From Burkholderiales bacterium (lineage in GTDB: Bacteria; Pseudomonadota; Gammaproteobacteria; Burkholderiales; JBDZVW01): 64,000 nt of DNA. The notes under the pieces were generated by a model. It saw only the letters and a program-made list of their open reading frames with translations. It was not told where the DNA came from and did no database searches. Shown piece after piece: positions 10,194-19,989 of this stretch. The position numbers were made by a program, and so were the translations under genes. Numbering within the stretch: the first letter of the stretch is position 1; every line of letters begins with the position of its first letter. The stretch is from NCBI GenBank assembly GCA_035700525.1, contig DASSON010000080.1, forward strand, positions 16,041-80,040. The letters run 5' to 3'.

Positions 10194-11099
10194 TCAGGAC
10201 ATCAGCGCGAGCAAGGGACGTACGAGATGGTCTCCGTACTCCGCACCGAGCACAAGCGCGGTCAGGAGCAGTGGTATCAGCAGAAAGGCGACCCGCTCAA
10301 CGGTGAGAGTTCGAGCTTTCTCGTTGCCTGTGGACCGCACGGCCGGTGCGAGCAGGCGAGACACTCGATCCTTAAGCGCGCGCGATTCCCCTGTAAGCCT
10401 GGCGTGGGTCAATTGCATGCGGTTGGCATCGTCGGACCGATCACGTCGCATCGATGCAGCGTGATTGCCAAAACGCACGCACGCCAATACCGCCGCCGCC
10501 AGGTCTGTGCCGCTCACGCCCCGTGCCTGGGCCTCGTCGTCGCGAGCCTGCTCGAGCGCGGCAAGCCAGCTCTCCAGCCGCCGTCGTGCTGGCGGCCATG
10601 GCCATTGCAAGTCCGTGACGAGTTGCGCAAGCCAGATACGCAGCGGGTCGTAGTGCCACATATGCGCGCGTTCGTGCTCGAGCGCAGCACGGATCACCGC
10701 CTCATCGAGTTCTCTGGCGAGGAATGGGGAGAACACGACTTGCGGTCTGAGAAGTCCGACCGTGCACACGCCGCACTCGTCCGGCGCACGCAGCAACGAC
10801 CAGATGGCGCGCACCGCTGCGCGGCCGAATAGCAGTGCAAATGGCGCACAGGCAGCCACCAGCACACCAGGATCAAGCCGATCCCTGACTGGATCCGGCT
10901 GCACCAGCGCCCAGCCGCACAGCCACGCGGCGACCGTGAGCATCGGCAAAACCGGCAGCCAGAGCCGCCACCAGCGCCTGCGCTCGAGCTCGGCCGAGCT
11001 TGCAACCCGGCTGCCGGCAGCCCCCCAGGAAGCGAGAGGCTGCAGCGCTATACCGCCGAGCAGTACGATGAGCAATACCAATAGCGATTCACGTTCCAC
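10194..11099 (-). CDS. M56-family (BlaR1/MecR1-like) membrane metalloprotease, short form without a penicillin-binding sensor domain
   Basis: 301 aa with several TM helices and the zinc motif HERAH in ALEHERAHMWHYDPL (HExxH, as in the BlaR1 protease domain). Ends in a TM helix with no extracellular PBP-like domain. 11-nt overlap with the upstream repressor gene. Confidence 0.75.
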   Translation of the reverse strand: MERESLLVLLIVLLGGIALQPLASWGAAGSRVASSAELERRRWWRLWLPVLPMLTVAAWLCGWALVQPDPVRDRLDPGVLVAACAPFALLFGRAAVRAIWSLLRAPDECGVCTVGLLRPQVVFSPFLARELDEAVIRAALEHERAHMWHYDPLRIWLAQLVTDLQWPWPPARRRLESWLAALEQARDDEAQARGVSGTDLAAAVLACVRFGNHAASMRRDRSDDANRMQLTHARLTGESRALKDRVSRLLAPAVRSTGNEKARTLTVERVAFLLIPLLLTALVLGAEYGDHLVRPLLALMS

Positions 11100-11484
11100 C
11101 TTTCGATCTCCTTCGCGCAGCTACCTGCCTCTCGAGTTCAGCAAGCAGTTCGGGATCGACGGTATCGACTGCCTCCACGAGCGCCGCAACGGCTGCCCGG
11201 GGACTCGACCCTAACAATCGCGTCACGGCATTGCGAGCCCGTGCACGCTCCACTTCTTCACGTGCAATGCGAGGTTGGTAGAGAAACACGTTGCCTTTGC
11301 GCTGACGCTGTATCAGACCTTTTCCACGCAGCCGATCAACCACCTTGGCGGTGGTGGTGTACACCAGGCCCTGCGGTGCACCGAGTCGCTCGTGAAGCTC
11401 GCGTACCGAAGCCGTACCGAGCTGCCACAGTTCCGCCAGCACGGCGTACTCGAGATCATCGGCAGGTAGGCGGAAATGCGCCAT
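11089..11484 (-). CDS. BlaI/MecI/CopY-family transcriptional repressor
   Basis: 131 aa with the winged-helix pattern E..VL.ELW..G.ASVRELHERL....VYTTTAKVVDRLRGKGLIQRQRKGNVFLYQP, typical of the Penicillinase_R family. First gene of the four-gene operon. Confidence 0.8.
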   Translation of the reverse strand: MAHFRLPADDLEYAVLAELWQLGTASVRELHERLGAPQGLVYTTTAKVVDRLRGKGLIQRQRKGNVFLYQPRIAREEVERARARNAVTRLLGSSPRAAVAALVEAVDTVDPELLAELERQVAARRRSKGGT

Positions 11485-11493
11485 GAATTCATT

Positions 11494-11511
11494 CTACGAC
11501 GGATGTCGTAG
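11494..11511. promoter_or_regulatory. Candidate operator for the BlaI-family repressor
   Basis: Perfect inverted repeat CTACGAC-GGAT-GTCGTAG, 10 nt upstream of the repressor ATG. Its TAC..GTA core recalls the TACA/TGTA boxes of BlaI/CopY regulators. Confidence 0.4.
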
Positions 11512-11804
11512 TTATGCAATGAGAGGGGGTCGTTAAATTAAGGTTTAAATTCCGGTCCATCAGCAACACGACCGCGAGAACGGTCAGTAGAACGATGATC
11601 ACGCCGGATCAGCGCACCTCCCGCGCAAATGCGAAACCAGAGTGCGGATCTGATGCGGCGGCCAGTAGGGCGCGCCGAGAACTGTCCGACATCGTCGGTT
11701 TACATTCTGTTACCAAAAAATCGACGCCGGTTCTGGCCGGCAGGCTCATACTTTTATGCGTGCCAGACAAGCATCACTATCAAGAACGGGAAGTGAGGTT
11801 AAGA

Positions 11805-12164
11805 ATGAAGCGTTACCTGATCGCATTTACAGCCTGTGCTGCACTGTGCGCGGTTTCGGCTCCCGCCTTTGCTGATCACGATGATGCTGGTATCGCGATC
11901 GTCGGTGGAATCGTCGGCGGGATCATTGGCTCGACTTTGGGCGGCCCAGTCGTCTATGCTTCACCCCCTCCAGTAGTGTATGCGCCACCTCCCCCAGTGG
12001 TGTACGCACCGCCCCCCGAGGTGATCTATACACCGCCGCCGGTGGTTGTGGAGCAGCGTTACTACGCCCCCTATCCTTACTATGCGCCTCGTGCTTACTA
12101 CCGGGGCGAGAACCACGTGCGATGGGTGCGGCACTGGCATCATCACGACGATGACGATGATTGA
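11805..12164 (+). CDS. Small secreted PxPV-repeat protein with a His/Asp-rich C-terminus
   Basis: ORF 11595..12164 trimmed to the ATG at 11805, preceded by GGAAGTGAGG. Sequence MKRYLIAFTACAALCAVSAPAFA (signal peptide), Gly-zipper GGIVGGIIGSTLGG, repeats PPPVVYA PPPPVVYA PPPEVIYT PPPVVV, Tyr-rich segment, tail WHHHDDDDD. Confidence 0.6.
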   Translation: MKRYLIAFTACAALCAVSAPAFADHDDAGIAIVGGIVGGIIGSTLGGPVVYASPPPVVYAPPPPVVYAPPPEVIYTPPPVVVEQRYYAPYPYYAPRAYYRGENHVRWVRHWHHHDDDDD

Positions 12165-12289
12165 CGCCTTCTGTGATACACGGCGTGTTATTGAGCGTCG
12201 TCGCTACGGTTTCAATGCCTCATTGGGCACGTCGAACAAGTCTTGATTGCGGCCAGATTCATATCCGGCGTCAAGCCCAACACATATCG

Positions 12290-12444
12290 CAAATTATTCG
12301 GTGACCGGAATAAACGTCGGACGGTACTGCGTTCGATCCGACCGCGGCTCACGCTTGGTACGGTAGCATGGGCTGATTGCGCTCTGACACTAATTCATCG
12401 AGCACAGCACGCTTGCAGCGATGTTCAGCTTCAGGCAACGCTGA
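12290..12444 (+). pseudogene. Decayed 3' fragment of a second cytochrome b561 gene
   Basis: 12379-12444 aligns without gaps to 5732-5797, the last 21 codons plus stop of the intact gene. By hand count about 52 of 66 nt are identical. It carries in-frame TGA (12385-12387, TGG in the intact copy) and TAA (12391-12393, CAG in the intact copy). The same ...AMFSF(K/R)QR-stop ending is kept. Weaker similarity with indels continues upstream, and the 3' flank (GCATTGTG) is also shared. Confidence 0.55.
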
Positions 12445-12779
12445 CTGCGACGGCATTGTGGCGCTCGGCCCCGTCGCCCGTTAATCCGGTGTTCAGTCTT
12501 TTTTGGTAAGCTGGCAAGCCCCGCGTGAATCCGGGCCGAATCAGCAGACGGCCTATAGACGCAACTTCGGAGCACCGCTTCAATCAAAAAGCGATGAACG
12601 GATTCGCATCAACGGGATCAGCATTCGGCATCCCAGTCGTCAAGATAGAGCACAGTCAATGAACGACGGCATCGATGACAGCCTCACGGCGATGCCGCGG
12701 TCGATCAAAACCAAAGCGTGACTTGGTGGTGGATGGCCGTCAAGAAAACCGATTTCCCACTAATCAAACGGAATAATGC

Positions 12780-13394
12780 ATGGAATCCTGGAATCAATAT
12801 ATTTTCCTGCTGTTGAACGCGTCCAGTCATCCTGGCGCGATAACGGTGGAAGCTGCGCAATTTGCTGCCAACTGGTTGGTCGTCGCTGCGGCTCTGGTAA
12901 TAGCTTATCTCTGGATATGGGGACTGACGTTAAAACGTAGCGCGCTGATCGCCGTCAGCGTGAGTACAGTTCTGGCACTTGGAATCAATCAGCTCTTGGG
13001 GCTGCTCTGGTTCGAGCCGCGGCCTTTTATAATCGGCTTGGGCCATACGTTGATGAACCATGCCCCCGACAATTCCTTCCCGAGCGACCACGCCACGTTT
13101 ATCTGGAGTCTGGGTTTCGGTCTTATCGCGACGCGCGCCTCGCCACGATGGGGCTGGCTTGTGGCGCTCGCGGGGATAGTGGTAGCTTGGGCACGGATCT
13201 ATCTGGGAGTGCATTTTCCAGCAGACATGGCTGGCTCTTTTGTCGTGGCAATGGCAAGTGCCGCCGTTGCACGCGCGCTTGTCCCCGTGGCGCAGCGCCG
13301 GTTGCTGCCGATCATCGAAGACTGCTACGAAGCGACTCTGGTCAAGCTTCGCCTCACGGCTATTATGCCGGCCAAAAGGGAAGTCGGTGAATGA
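12780..13394 (+). CDS. PAP2-family phosphatase (undecaprenyl-diphosphatase / lipid phosphatase type)
   Basis: 204 aa membrane protein with the three PAP2 motifs: EPRPF, PSDHA and ARIYLGVHFPADM. Confidence 0.8.
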   Translation: MESWNQYIFLLLNASSHPGAITVEAAQFAANWLVVAAALVIAYLWIWGLTLKRSALIAVSVSTVLALGINQLLGLLWFEPRPFIIGLGHTLMNHAPDNSFPSDHATFIWSLGFGLIATRASPRWGWLVALAGIVVAWARIYLGVHFPADMAGSFVVAMASAAVARALVPVAQRRLLPIIEDCYEATLVKLRLTAIMPAKREVGE

Positions 13395-13563
13395 CTGAAC
13401 AACAAAAAAGCCGCACCGCCATACCCTACAAATCATAACGCCTCGTCCGAATTAAGCATACCGCTGATTTCGCGAACAGATTGATCGGGCACGGCGAACC
13501 GGTTTGGGTGCACCAGTTGCTATGATTGTGCACGGCTCACCCGTTCAAGAAGCAAAGATCGAT

Positions 13564-14769
13564 ATGGCAATTGATAGAACTGCAGAGAGCGCCGGCAGGG
13601 AAGCGGGCTTTGGCGCAATACCAAAGGGCATCTGGGCGCTCGGCTTCGTCAGTATGTTGATGGATATTTCGTCCGAAATCATCCACAGCCTGCTTCCGAT
13701 GTTTCTGGTAACGACTCTCGGCGCAAGTGCGTTGATGGTCGGCCTGATCGAGGGTTTCGCCGAGGCGACGGCGGCTATCGTGAAGATCTTTTCAGGCACG
13801 CTGAGCGATTATCTCGGTAAACGCAAATGGCTTGCCGTATGTGGCTACGCGCTGGGAGCTTGCAGCAAACCATTTTTTGCGCTCGCGCCAAGTGCAGGCT
13901 TTGTGTTTGCCGCGCGTTTTGTTGACCGCGTCGGCAAGGGCATTCGTGGCGCACCGCGGGATGCGCTCGTCACAGACATGGCACCGCCACATCTGCGCGG
14001 TGCCGCATTCGGCCTCCGGCAATCGCTTGATACGGTTGGCGCATTCCTGGGCCCATTGCTCGCGGTTGGGTTGATGCTGCTTTGGGCCGATGATTTTCGC
14101 TCCGTTTTCTGGGTGGCTGTCATTCCCGGCTTTCTCGCGGTGGCGTTGCTGCTGTTCGGGGTTCGCGAACCGGACAGACCCGCGAACAGCGTACCCATCA
14201 ATCCGATCAGCGTCGATAATCTCAGGCGGCTCGACCGCGCTTACTGGCGCGTCGTGGTGATCGGTGCCGTGTTCGCACTGGCTCGGTTCAGCGAAGCATT
14301 TCTTGTGCTGAGAGCGATGCAAGGCGGACTTCCGATAGCATGGGTGCCGTTGGTGCTGGTCGCAATGAACGTGGTTTATTCACTTACGGCCTATCCTTTC
14401 GGCAAGCTATCGGATTCGGTCAGCCACGAAAAACTTCTGGCATCGGGCCTGATCGTACTCATAGCCGCTGACCTGGTGCTTGCACACGGAAATCATTGGA
14501 CCATCGTGTTGCTGGGCGTCAGCCTCTGGGGCCTGCATATGGGACTGACCCAGGGATTGCTCTCCGCGATGGTGGCGCACACGGCACCTGCGGATCTGCG
14601 CGGAACGGCGTTCGGCTTTTTCAATTTGCTGAACGGACTGGCAATCCTCGCTGCGAGCGTGGTCGCCGGCCTGCTATGGGAGCAATTTGGCGCAGTGGCC
14701 ACATTTTACGCGGGCGCGGGATTCGGCGTACTGACGCTCGTTGCATTAGTGTTCAGCAAGCGCGCCTGA
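13564..14769 (+). CDS. MFS transporter
   Basis: ORF 13504..14769. ATG at 13564 (MAIDRTAES...) preferred over the upstream non-ATG start. About 12 predicted TM helices with MFS-like loop motifs (GTLSDYLGKRKW, DRVGKGIRGAPRDAL). Confidence 0.8.
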   Translation: MAIDRTAESAGREAGFGAIPKGIWALGFVSMLMDISSEIIHSLLPMFLVTTLGASALMVGLIEGFAEATAAIVKIFSGTLSDYLGKRKWLAVCGYALGACSKPFFALAPSAGFVFAARFVDRVGKGIRGAPRDALVTDMAPPHLRGAAFGLRQSLDTVGAFLGPLLAVGLMLLWADDFRSVFWVAVIPGFLAVALLLFGVREPDRPANSVPINPISVDNLRRLDRAYWRVVVIGAVFALARFSEAFLVLRAMQGGLPIAWVPLVLVAMNVVYSLTAYPFGKLSDSVSHEKLLASGLIVLIAADLVLAHGNHWTIVLLGVSLWGLHMGLTQGLLSAMVAHTAPADLRGTAFGFFNLLNGLAILAASVVAGLLWEQFGAVATFYAGAGFGVLTLVALVFSKRA

Positions 14770-15117
14770 GCATAATCCGGATCAACACCGGCGTACACGA
14801 TCCAGCCGCATACGGCGTTCGGATCGCTGCGCAGCCGTCAAGCCAAGCAACATCACGTCAACCACGACGACGCCGTATACGTAATCGCAGGCAAGTGCCG
14901 GCGCAGTAGTGCCGTCGCCGATCACCTCCACGCTGCAGCCGTTCTCACGTCAGCCCCGCGCCAAGTAGCGCTGAGGCTCTACCTCATCTTCTGCAATCAG
15001 AATCGCATCGGCACACTGCCTCGCCTCACTCAAGGGATCGCACCAATCAGATTACGATGTGGAGCAGGCGCAGGCTCGTAAATTTCTTTAAAGCCGGCAA
15101 TTGAGATGTCCGCGCGA

Positions 15118-15135
15118 TCGTAATAACCCTGTAAC
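15118..15135 (+). promoter_or_regulatory. Candidate Pho box upstream of pstS
   Basis: TCGTAAT-AACC-CTGTAAC: two 7-mers with 11-bp periodicity resembling CTGTCAT half-sites. Followed 10 nt later by CTACGAT (15145-15151) as a possible -10. The same CTACGAT follows the phoB Pho box. Confidence 0.4.
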
Positions 15136-15198
15136 AAATGCCCTCTACGATGCACACCGCGTACGCAAAAAACAATTATCGACACAGGAGATTCAATA

Positions 15199-16245
15199 AT
15201 GAACATTGTCTCATCAGGCACCCGCTTTCTCGCCGCCGCGGCGCTGACGCTCGGTGCCGCGGCCGGCGCCTGCGCTGCCGGCATCACCGGCGCCGGTGCC
15301 ACGTTTCCGTACCCGATCTACGCCAAATGGGCAAACACGTACCAGCAGCAGACCGGTATCGGACTCAATTATCAGTCGATCGGGTCCGGCGGCGGAATCC
15401 GGCAGATCAACGCCGGCACCGTGGACTTCGGCGCATCCGACATGCCGCTCAAGCCCGACGTTCTTGCACAGGACAAGCTGATGCAGTTTCCGACCGTGAT
15501 GGGCGGCGTCGTCCCGGTCGTCAATCTCGACGGCGTGAAGCCCGGCGACATCCGGCTGACCGGTGCGCTGCTGGCGGACATCTATCTCGGCAAAATCAAG
15601 AAGTGGAACGACGCAGCGCTCGCCCATCTCAACCCGAATGTGAAATTGCCCGACCAGGCCATCACCGTGGTGCATCGCTCCGACGGCTCGGGCACCACCT
15701 TCATCTTCACCAATTACCTCATCAAGGTCAGCCCGGAATGGAAAAGCAAGGTCGGCAACGACGTCTCGGTCAAATGGCCGGCTGGCGTCGGTGGCAAGGG
15801 CAATGAAGGCGTGGCTTCCTACGTGCAACGCATCAAGGGCGCCATTGGTTATGTGGAGTACGCCTACGCGCTGCAGAACAAGCTGACCTATGCCATGCTC
15901 AAGAATCGGGATGGCAGCTTCGTGAAGCCCGACGCCAAGAGTTTTCAGGCGGCGGCTGCCGGTGCTGACTGGAACAACGCACCCGGCATGTACATGATCC
16001 TCACCGATGAACCTGGCGCCGCCAGCTGGCCTATTACAGGCGCCACCTTCATCCTGATGCACAAGACCCAGGAAAAACCTGAAACCGCGCGGCAAGTGCT
16101 CAAATTCTTCGACTGGGCTTATGCCAATGGCGATCAGATGGCGGAACAACTGGATTACGTTCCGATGCCGGACAGTGTCGTCAAGCTGATCAAGTCCGAA
16201 TGGAAAGCGCAAATCAAGGACAACCGGGGTAAGCCCGTTCTGTAA
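15199..16245 (+). CDS. pstS: Phosphate ABC transporter substrate-binding protein
   Basis: 348 aa with a signal peptide, then [19 protein letters not shown]...[12 protein letters not shown], typical of PstS. AGGAG RBS. Confidence 0.95.
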   Translation: MNIVSSGTRFLAAAALTLGAAAGACAAGITGAGATFPYPIYAKWANTYQQQTGIGLNYQSIGSGGGIRQINAGTVDFGASDMPLKPDVLAQDKLMQFPTVMGGVVPVVNLDGVKPGDIRLTGALLADIYLGKIKKWNDAALAHLNPNVKLPDQAITVVHRSDGSGTTFIFTNYLIKVSPEWKSKVGNDVSVKWPAGVGGKGNEGVASYVQRIKGAIGYVEYAYALQNKLTYAMLKNRDGSFVKPDAKSFQAAAAGADWNNAPGMYMILTDEPGAASWPITGATFILMHKTQEKPETARQVLKFFDWAYANGDQMAEQLDYVPMPDSVVKLIKSEWKAQIKDNRGKPVL

Positions 16246-16256
16246 ACGGTACCACG

Positions 16257-16286
16257 GCAGGCGAGGCCCGAAGCCTCGTTTGCCGC
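16257..16286 (+). terminator. Hairpin after pstS (possible intra-operon attenuator)
   Basis: GGCAGGCGAGGC-CCGAA-GCCTCGTTTGCC, 12 nt after the pstS stop, followed by a short T run. Confidence 0.35.
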
Positions 16287-16325
16287 TCACACCGACTTTT
16301 TCACATCGATACAAGATTGCGCGAA

Positions 16326-17357
16326 ATGTCTGACCAGACTACTGCTGCGCTGCTCCGGCGCTATTCGGCAGCGAACGCACGGCCCGCATCCGCAGCAACG
16401 TCGATCGTTGCCAATCCCGCAACACTCAGACGGCAGCGCCGGTTCGACCTGCTGTTCCGCCATGCGGCCCGGCTCGCCGCCTTTATCGTGTTTGCGCTGC
16501 TGGCCGGCATCATCATTTCACTGATCATCGGCAGCTGGCCGGCGTTCAGCGCATTCGGCTTCGGTTTCCTTTTCAGCACGGAATGGAATCCGGTCACTAA
16601 GCATTTCGGCGCGCTGATCGCGGTTTACGGCACACTCGTCACGTCGGCGATCGCGATGCTGATCGCAATTCCGGTCAGCTTCGGCATCGCACTGTTTCTC
16701 ACCGAGCTTTCCCCGCGCTGGCTCAAGCGTCCGCTGGGACTGGCGATCGAAATGCTCGCCGCGGTGCCCAGCATCATCTACGGCATGTGGGGGCTGTTTG
16801 TATTCGCGCCATTTCTCGCCGAACACGTCCAGCCGTGGCTCATCAGCCGCCTCGGCGATCTGCCGGTGGCGGGCGTGCTGTTCCAGGGGCCGCCGATGGG
16901 TATCGGCATGCTGACGGCCGGCATCATTCTCGCGATCATGGTGATTCCATTCATCACCGCGGTCATGCGCGATGTCTTCGAGCTGGTGCCGGCACTGCTG
17001 AAGGAATCGGCCTACGGCCTCGGCGCCACCACCTGGGAAGTGGTATGGCGCATCGTCCTGCCCTACGCCCGCGTCGGCGTCATCGGCGGCATCATGCTCG
17101 GGCTGGGGCGCGCGCTGGGCGAAACCATGGCGATTACGTTCGTCATCGGCAATGCGCAGCAGATCAATCCGTCACTGCTGGCCGCCGGCAACACCATTTC
17201 ATCGGCGCTCGCCAATGAATTCACCGAAGCGGTCGGCACATTGCACACCGCGGCGCTGATCGAGCTGGGGTTGATACTGCTGCTGATCACGACACTCGTG
17301 CTGGCCGTGTCCAAGCTGCTTTTGCTGCGGCTCGACCGCCGCGGAAGGGGAGCATGA
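16326..17357 (+). CDS. pstC: Phosphate ABC transporter permease
   Basis: ORF 16317..17357, with the first ATG at 16326 ([10 protein letters not shown]). Multi-TM permease with an EAA-like loop ([20 protein letters not shown]). Confidence 0.9.
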   Translation: MSDQTTAALLRRYSAANARPASAATSIVANPATLRRQRRFDLLFRHAARLAAFIVFALLAGIIISLIIGSWPAFSAFGFGFLFSTEWNPVTKHFGALIAVYGTLVTSAIAMLIAIPVSFGIALFLTELSPRWLKRPLGLAIEMLAAVPSIIYGMWGLFVFAPFLAEHVQPWLISRLGDLPVAGVLFQGPPMGIGMLTAGIILAIMVIPFITAVMRDVFELVPALLKESAYGLGATTWEVVWRIVLPYARVGVIGGIMLGLGRALGETMAITFVIGNAQQINPSLLAAGNTISSALANEFTEAVGTLHTAALIELGLILLLITTLVLAVSKLLLLRLDRRGRGA

Positions 17358-18196
17358 TGAACCGGACGATCCACCGCCGGCGCCGGATCGTGAACCGGCT
17401 GATGCTCGGCGTCGCCGGCGCCGCGATGGCGTTCGGGCTGCTGTGGCTGGGCTGGATCCTGCTGACACTGTTCGCCGCCGGGCTGCACGGACTCACACCC
17501 GCGCTGTTCACGCAGACGACGCCACCACCAGGCAACAACGGCGGGCTGTCGAACGCCATTGCCGGCAGCGTGCTGATGGCAGCGGCGGCGACCGCGATCG
17601 GCACGCCGATCGGCATCCTGGCCGGCACTTATCTGGCCGAATTCGGACAGCGCGGCTGGCTCGCACCAGCGACGCGTTTCATCAACGACATTCTGCTTTC
17701 CGCGCCGTCGATCGTGATCGGGCTCTTCATCTACACGATCTACGTCGTCTATGTGCGGCATTTCTCGGGCTGGGCCGGCGCGTTTGCGCTGGCGCTGATC
17801 GTGATTCCGGTGGTGGTCCGCACCACCGACGACATGCTCAAGCTGGTGCCGAACAGCCTGCGCGAAGCGGCGATCGCGCTTGGCGCGCCGCCGTGGAAAA
17901 TGGTCACGCTGGTTTCGTGGCGTGCCGCGCGCGCCGGCATCGTCACCGGCGTGCTGCTGGCGGTGGCGCGCATCAGCGGCGAAACCGCGCCGCTGCTGTT
18001 TACCGCGCTCAACAACCAGTTCTGGTCACTCGACATGAATGCGCCGATGGCCAACCTGCCGGTGGTGATCTTCCAGTTCGCGATGAGCCCGTACGACGAC
18101 TGGCACCGGCTGGCGTGGGCCGGCGCAGCGCTGATTGCGGTCGGCGTGCTCGGCATCAACCTCCTGGTGCGTGCGCTGTTCCGCAGAAAAATCTGA
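17354..18196 (+). CDS. pstA: Phosphate ABC transporter permease
   Basis: 280 aa. ATGA overlap with pstC. Permease loop [15 protein letters not shown]. Confidence 0.9.
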   Translation: MMNRTIHRRRRIVNRLMLGVAGAAMAFGLLWLGWILLTLFAAGLHGLTPALFTQTTPPPGNNGGLSNAIAGSVLMAAAATAIGTPIGILAGTYLAEFGQRGWLAPATRFINDILLSAPSIVIGLFIYTIYVVYVRHFSGWAGAFALALIVIPVVVRTTDDMLKLVPNSLREAAIALGAPPWKMVTLVSWRAARAGIVTGVLLAVARISGETAPLLFTALNNQFWSLDMNAPMANLPVVIFQFAMSPYDDWHRLAWAGAALIAVGVLGINLLVRALFRRKI

Positions 18197-18218
18197 TGTT
18201 CCTGAACGAAAGAATGCG

Positions 18219-18995
18219 ATGAACGACAAGCCTTATCCAATCGATTCCAAGCTGACGATACGCGACCTGAACTTTTACTACGGCCGGTTTCAGGCGTTGA
18301 AGTCGGTGACGCTGGACGTGCCCGTCAACCAGGTGACGGCATTCATCGGCCCCTCCGGCTGCGGCAAATCGACGCTGCTGCGCACCTTCAACCGTTTGTA
18401 CGAACTGTACCCCGAGCACCGTGCCGAAGGCGAAGTGCTGTTCGACGGCGTCAACATTCTTAGTCGCACCCAGGACGTCACGCTACTGCGCGCGAAGATC
18501 GGCATGGTGTTCCAGAAACCGACACCGTTTCCGATGTCGATCCATGACAACATCGCGTTCGGCGTGAAGCTCTACGAAAAGCTTGCGCGCTCCGAACTGG
18601 ACGACCGCATCGAATGGGCATTGACCAAGGCCGCGCTGTGGAACGAAGTCAAGGACAAGCTGCACCAGAGCGGCAACAGTCTCTCCGGCGGCCAGCAGCA
18701 ACGGCTGTGCATCGCCCGCGGCATCGCGATCCGGCCGGAGGTGCTGCTGATGGACGAACCCTGTTCCGCGCTCGACCCGATATCGACCGCACGCATCGAG
18801 GAGTTGATGCGCGAACTGGTCGAGGACTACACCGTCGTGATCGTCACCCACAACATGCAACAGGCGGCGCGCGTCTCCGACTATACCGCCTACCTGTACC
18901 TCGGCGAGCTGGTCGAATTCGATCGCACCGAAAAGCTGTTCACCTCGCCCGGCCGCAAGGCAACCGAAGACTACATCACCGGCAAGTTCGGCTAG
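18219..18995 (+). CDS. pstB: Phosphate ABC transporter ATP-binding protein
   Basis: ORF 18135..18995 trimmed to the ATG at 18219 ([22 protein letters not shown]). Walker [10 protein letters not shown], signature LSGGQQQRL, Walker B LLMDEP. Confidence 0.95.
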   Translation: MNDKPYPIDSKLTIRDLNFYYGRFQALKSVTLDVPVNQVTAFIGPSGCGKSTLLRTFNRLYELYPEHRAEGEVLFDGVNILSRTQDVTLLRAKIGMVFQKPTPFPMSIHDNIAFGVKLYEKLARSELDDRIEWALTKAALWNEVKDKLHQSGNSLSGGQQQRLCIARGIAIRPEVLLMDEPCSALDPISTARIEELMRELVEDYTVVIVTHNMQQAARVSDYTAYLYLGELVEFDRTEKLFTSPGRKATEDYITGKFG

Positions 18996-19020
18996 ACCGA
19001 TTTTCACCAGGGAATCCGAG

Positions 19021-19728
19021 ATGCAAAACGATCACACTTCGAAACAGTTCGACAACGAGATGGAAGCGATCCGCGGCGCCGTGCTGACGATGGGCGGCAT
19101 GGTCGAGCGGCAGATCGAGCGCGCGATCGATGCACTCGGAAACAGTGACGCCGATCCGCTGGCACCAATACTCGATGATGAGCGCATCGTCAACAACATG
19201 CAGATCGAAATCGATCGCCAGTGCGGCAATGTCATCGTGCGACGCCAGCCGGCGGCCATCGATCTGCGCATCGTGATGACGGTGATACAGATCGTCAACG
19301 ATCTTGAACGGGTCGGTGACGAGGCCAAGAAAATTGCGCTGAGAGCCCGGCCGCTGGCGGGCATCGAGGAACAGTTTGCGCCGGCGCGCGGCAAAGAGAT
19401 CGGCTACATTTCGGAAATGGCGCGTGCGATGCTGCGGGCCGCACTCGACGCCTATGCCCGGCTCGACGTGGTGGCGGCGGCCGAAGTCATCGCGCGCGAC
19501 GAGCAGGTTGACATCGAGTTCGCCGCGATCACACGCCGGCTGATGGATGGCATGATGGCAGATCCGCGCACGATTTCCGCCACGCTCGATGCCCTTTTCA
19601 TTGCCAAATCCATCGAACGCATCGGCGATCATGCCACCAACATCGCCGAGTACGTAATCCACATCGTCAAGGGCAAGGACATACGGCACGCCTCGCTGGA
19701 CGAAATCCGCCGCGAGGCGAAAGCTTGA
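19021..19728 (+). CDS. phoU: Phosphate signalling complex protein PhoU
   Basis: 235 aa with two PhoU repeats (NDLERVGDEAKKIA and KSIERIGDHATNIAE). Follows pstB. Confidence 0.95.
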   Translation: MQNDHTSKQFDNEMEAIRGAVLTMGGMVERQIERAIDALGNSDADPLAPILDDERIVNNMQIEIDRQCGNVIVRRQPAAIDLRIVMTVIQIVNDLERVGDEAKKIALRARPLAGIEEQFAPARGKEIGYISEMARAMLRAALDAYARLDVVAAAEVIARDEQVDIEFAAITRRLMDGMMADPRTISATLDALFIAKSIERIGDHATNIAEYVIHIVKGKDIRHASLDEIRREAKA

Positions 19729-19970
19729 CGAGAATTGAAGACTGAAGGTCGAAGAAAAAGTCACCTCGAAACTTCGTTGTGAGCTGATTTGACGCGGCAC
19801 GTCGGATACGACGGCCGCACTACAATGCGCTGATTCCCCGCCCCCGACCCGCTTTCATCACCCAATTCTTCGGAAATCGCACGCCGAGCGGTGTTTTCAT
19901 CCGGCTCGCCGGCAACACCAAGGCTTGCCCGGTGGCTCATGACGGCGCGTTTGACGGTTGCCGGCCTGTT

Positions 19971-19989
19971 TTTACGAAATCTTTACGAA
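19971..19989 (+). promoter_or_regulatory. Candidate KdpE binding site and kdp promoter
   Basis: Direct repeat TTTACGAA-atc-TTTACGAA with 11-bp periodicity, typical of OmpR-family sites. A good -10 TATAGT lies at 20030-20035, placing the repeat near -60 as in E. coli kdp. Confidence 0.45.

Noticed and set aside
12165-12780. Small ORFs 12243..12509, 12390..12587 and 12503..12721 as genes
   Set aside because: They have no motifs and no RBS support. The first overlaps the region that aligns to the cytochrome b561 gene in another frame, which is better explained as pseudogene debris.
14930-15060. Possible minus-strand gene remnant (frame reading SDWCDPLSEARQCADAILIAEDEVEPQRYLARG-stop, adjoining ORF 15030..15302)
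   Set aside because: It has no start codon and needs a frameshift to join the neighbouring ORF. That ORF overlaps the pstS promoter and start. I cannot assign any family.
15214-16314. 366-aa ORF antisense to pstS, and similar shadow ORFs in kdpA (20357..21514, 20646..21647), kdpB, carB, recN, hemH and the RND pump
   Set aside because: These are shadow ORFs of confirmed genes, typical of GC-rich DNA. None has start-site support or recognisable domains.
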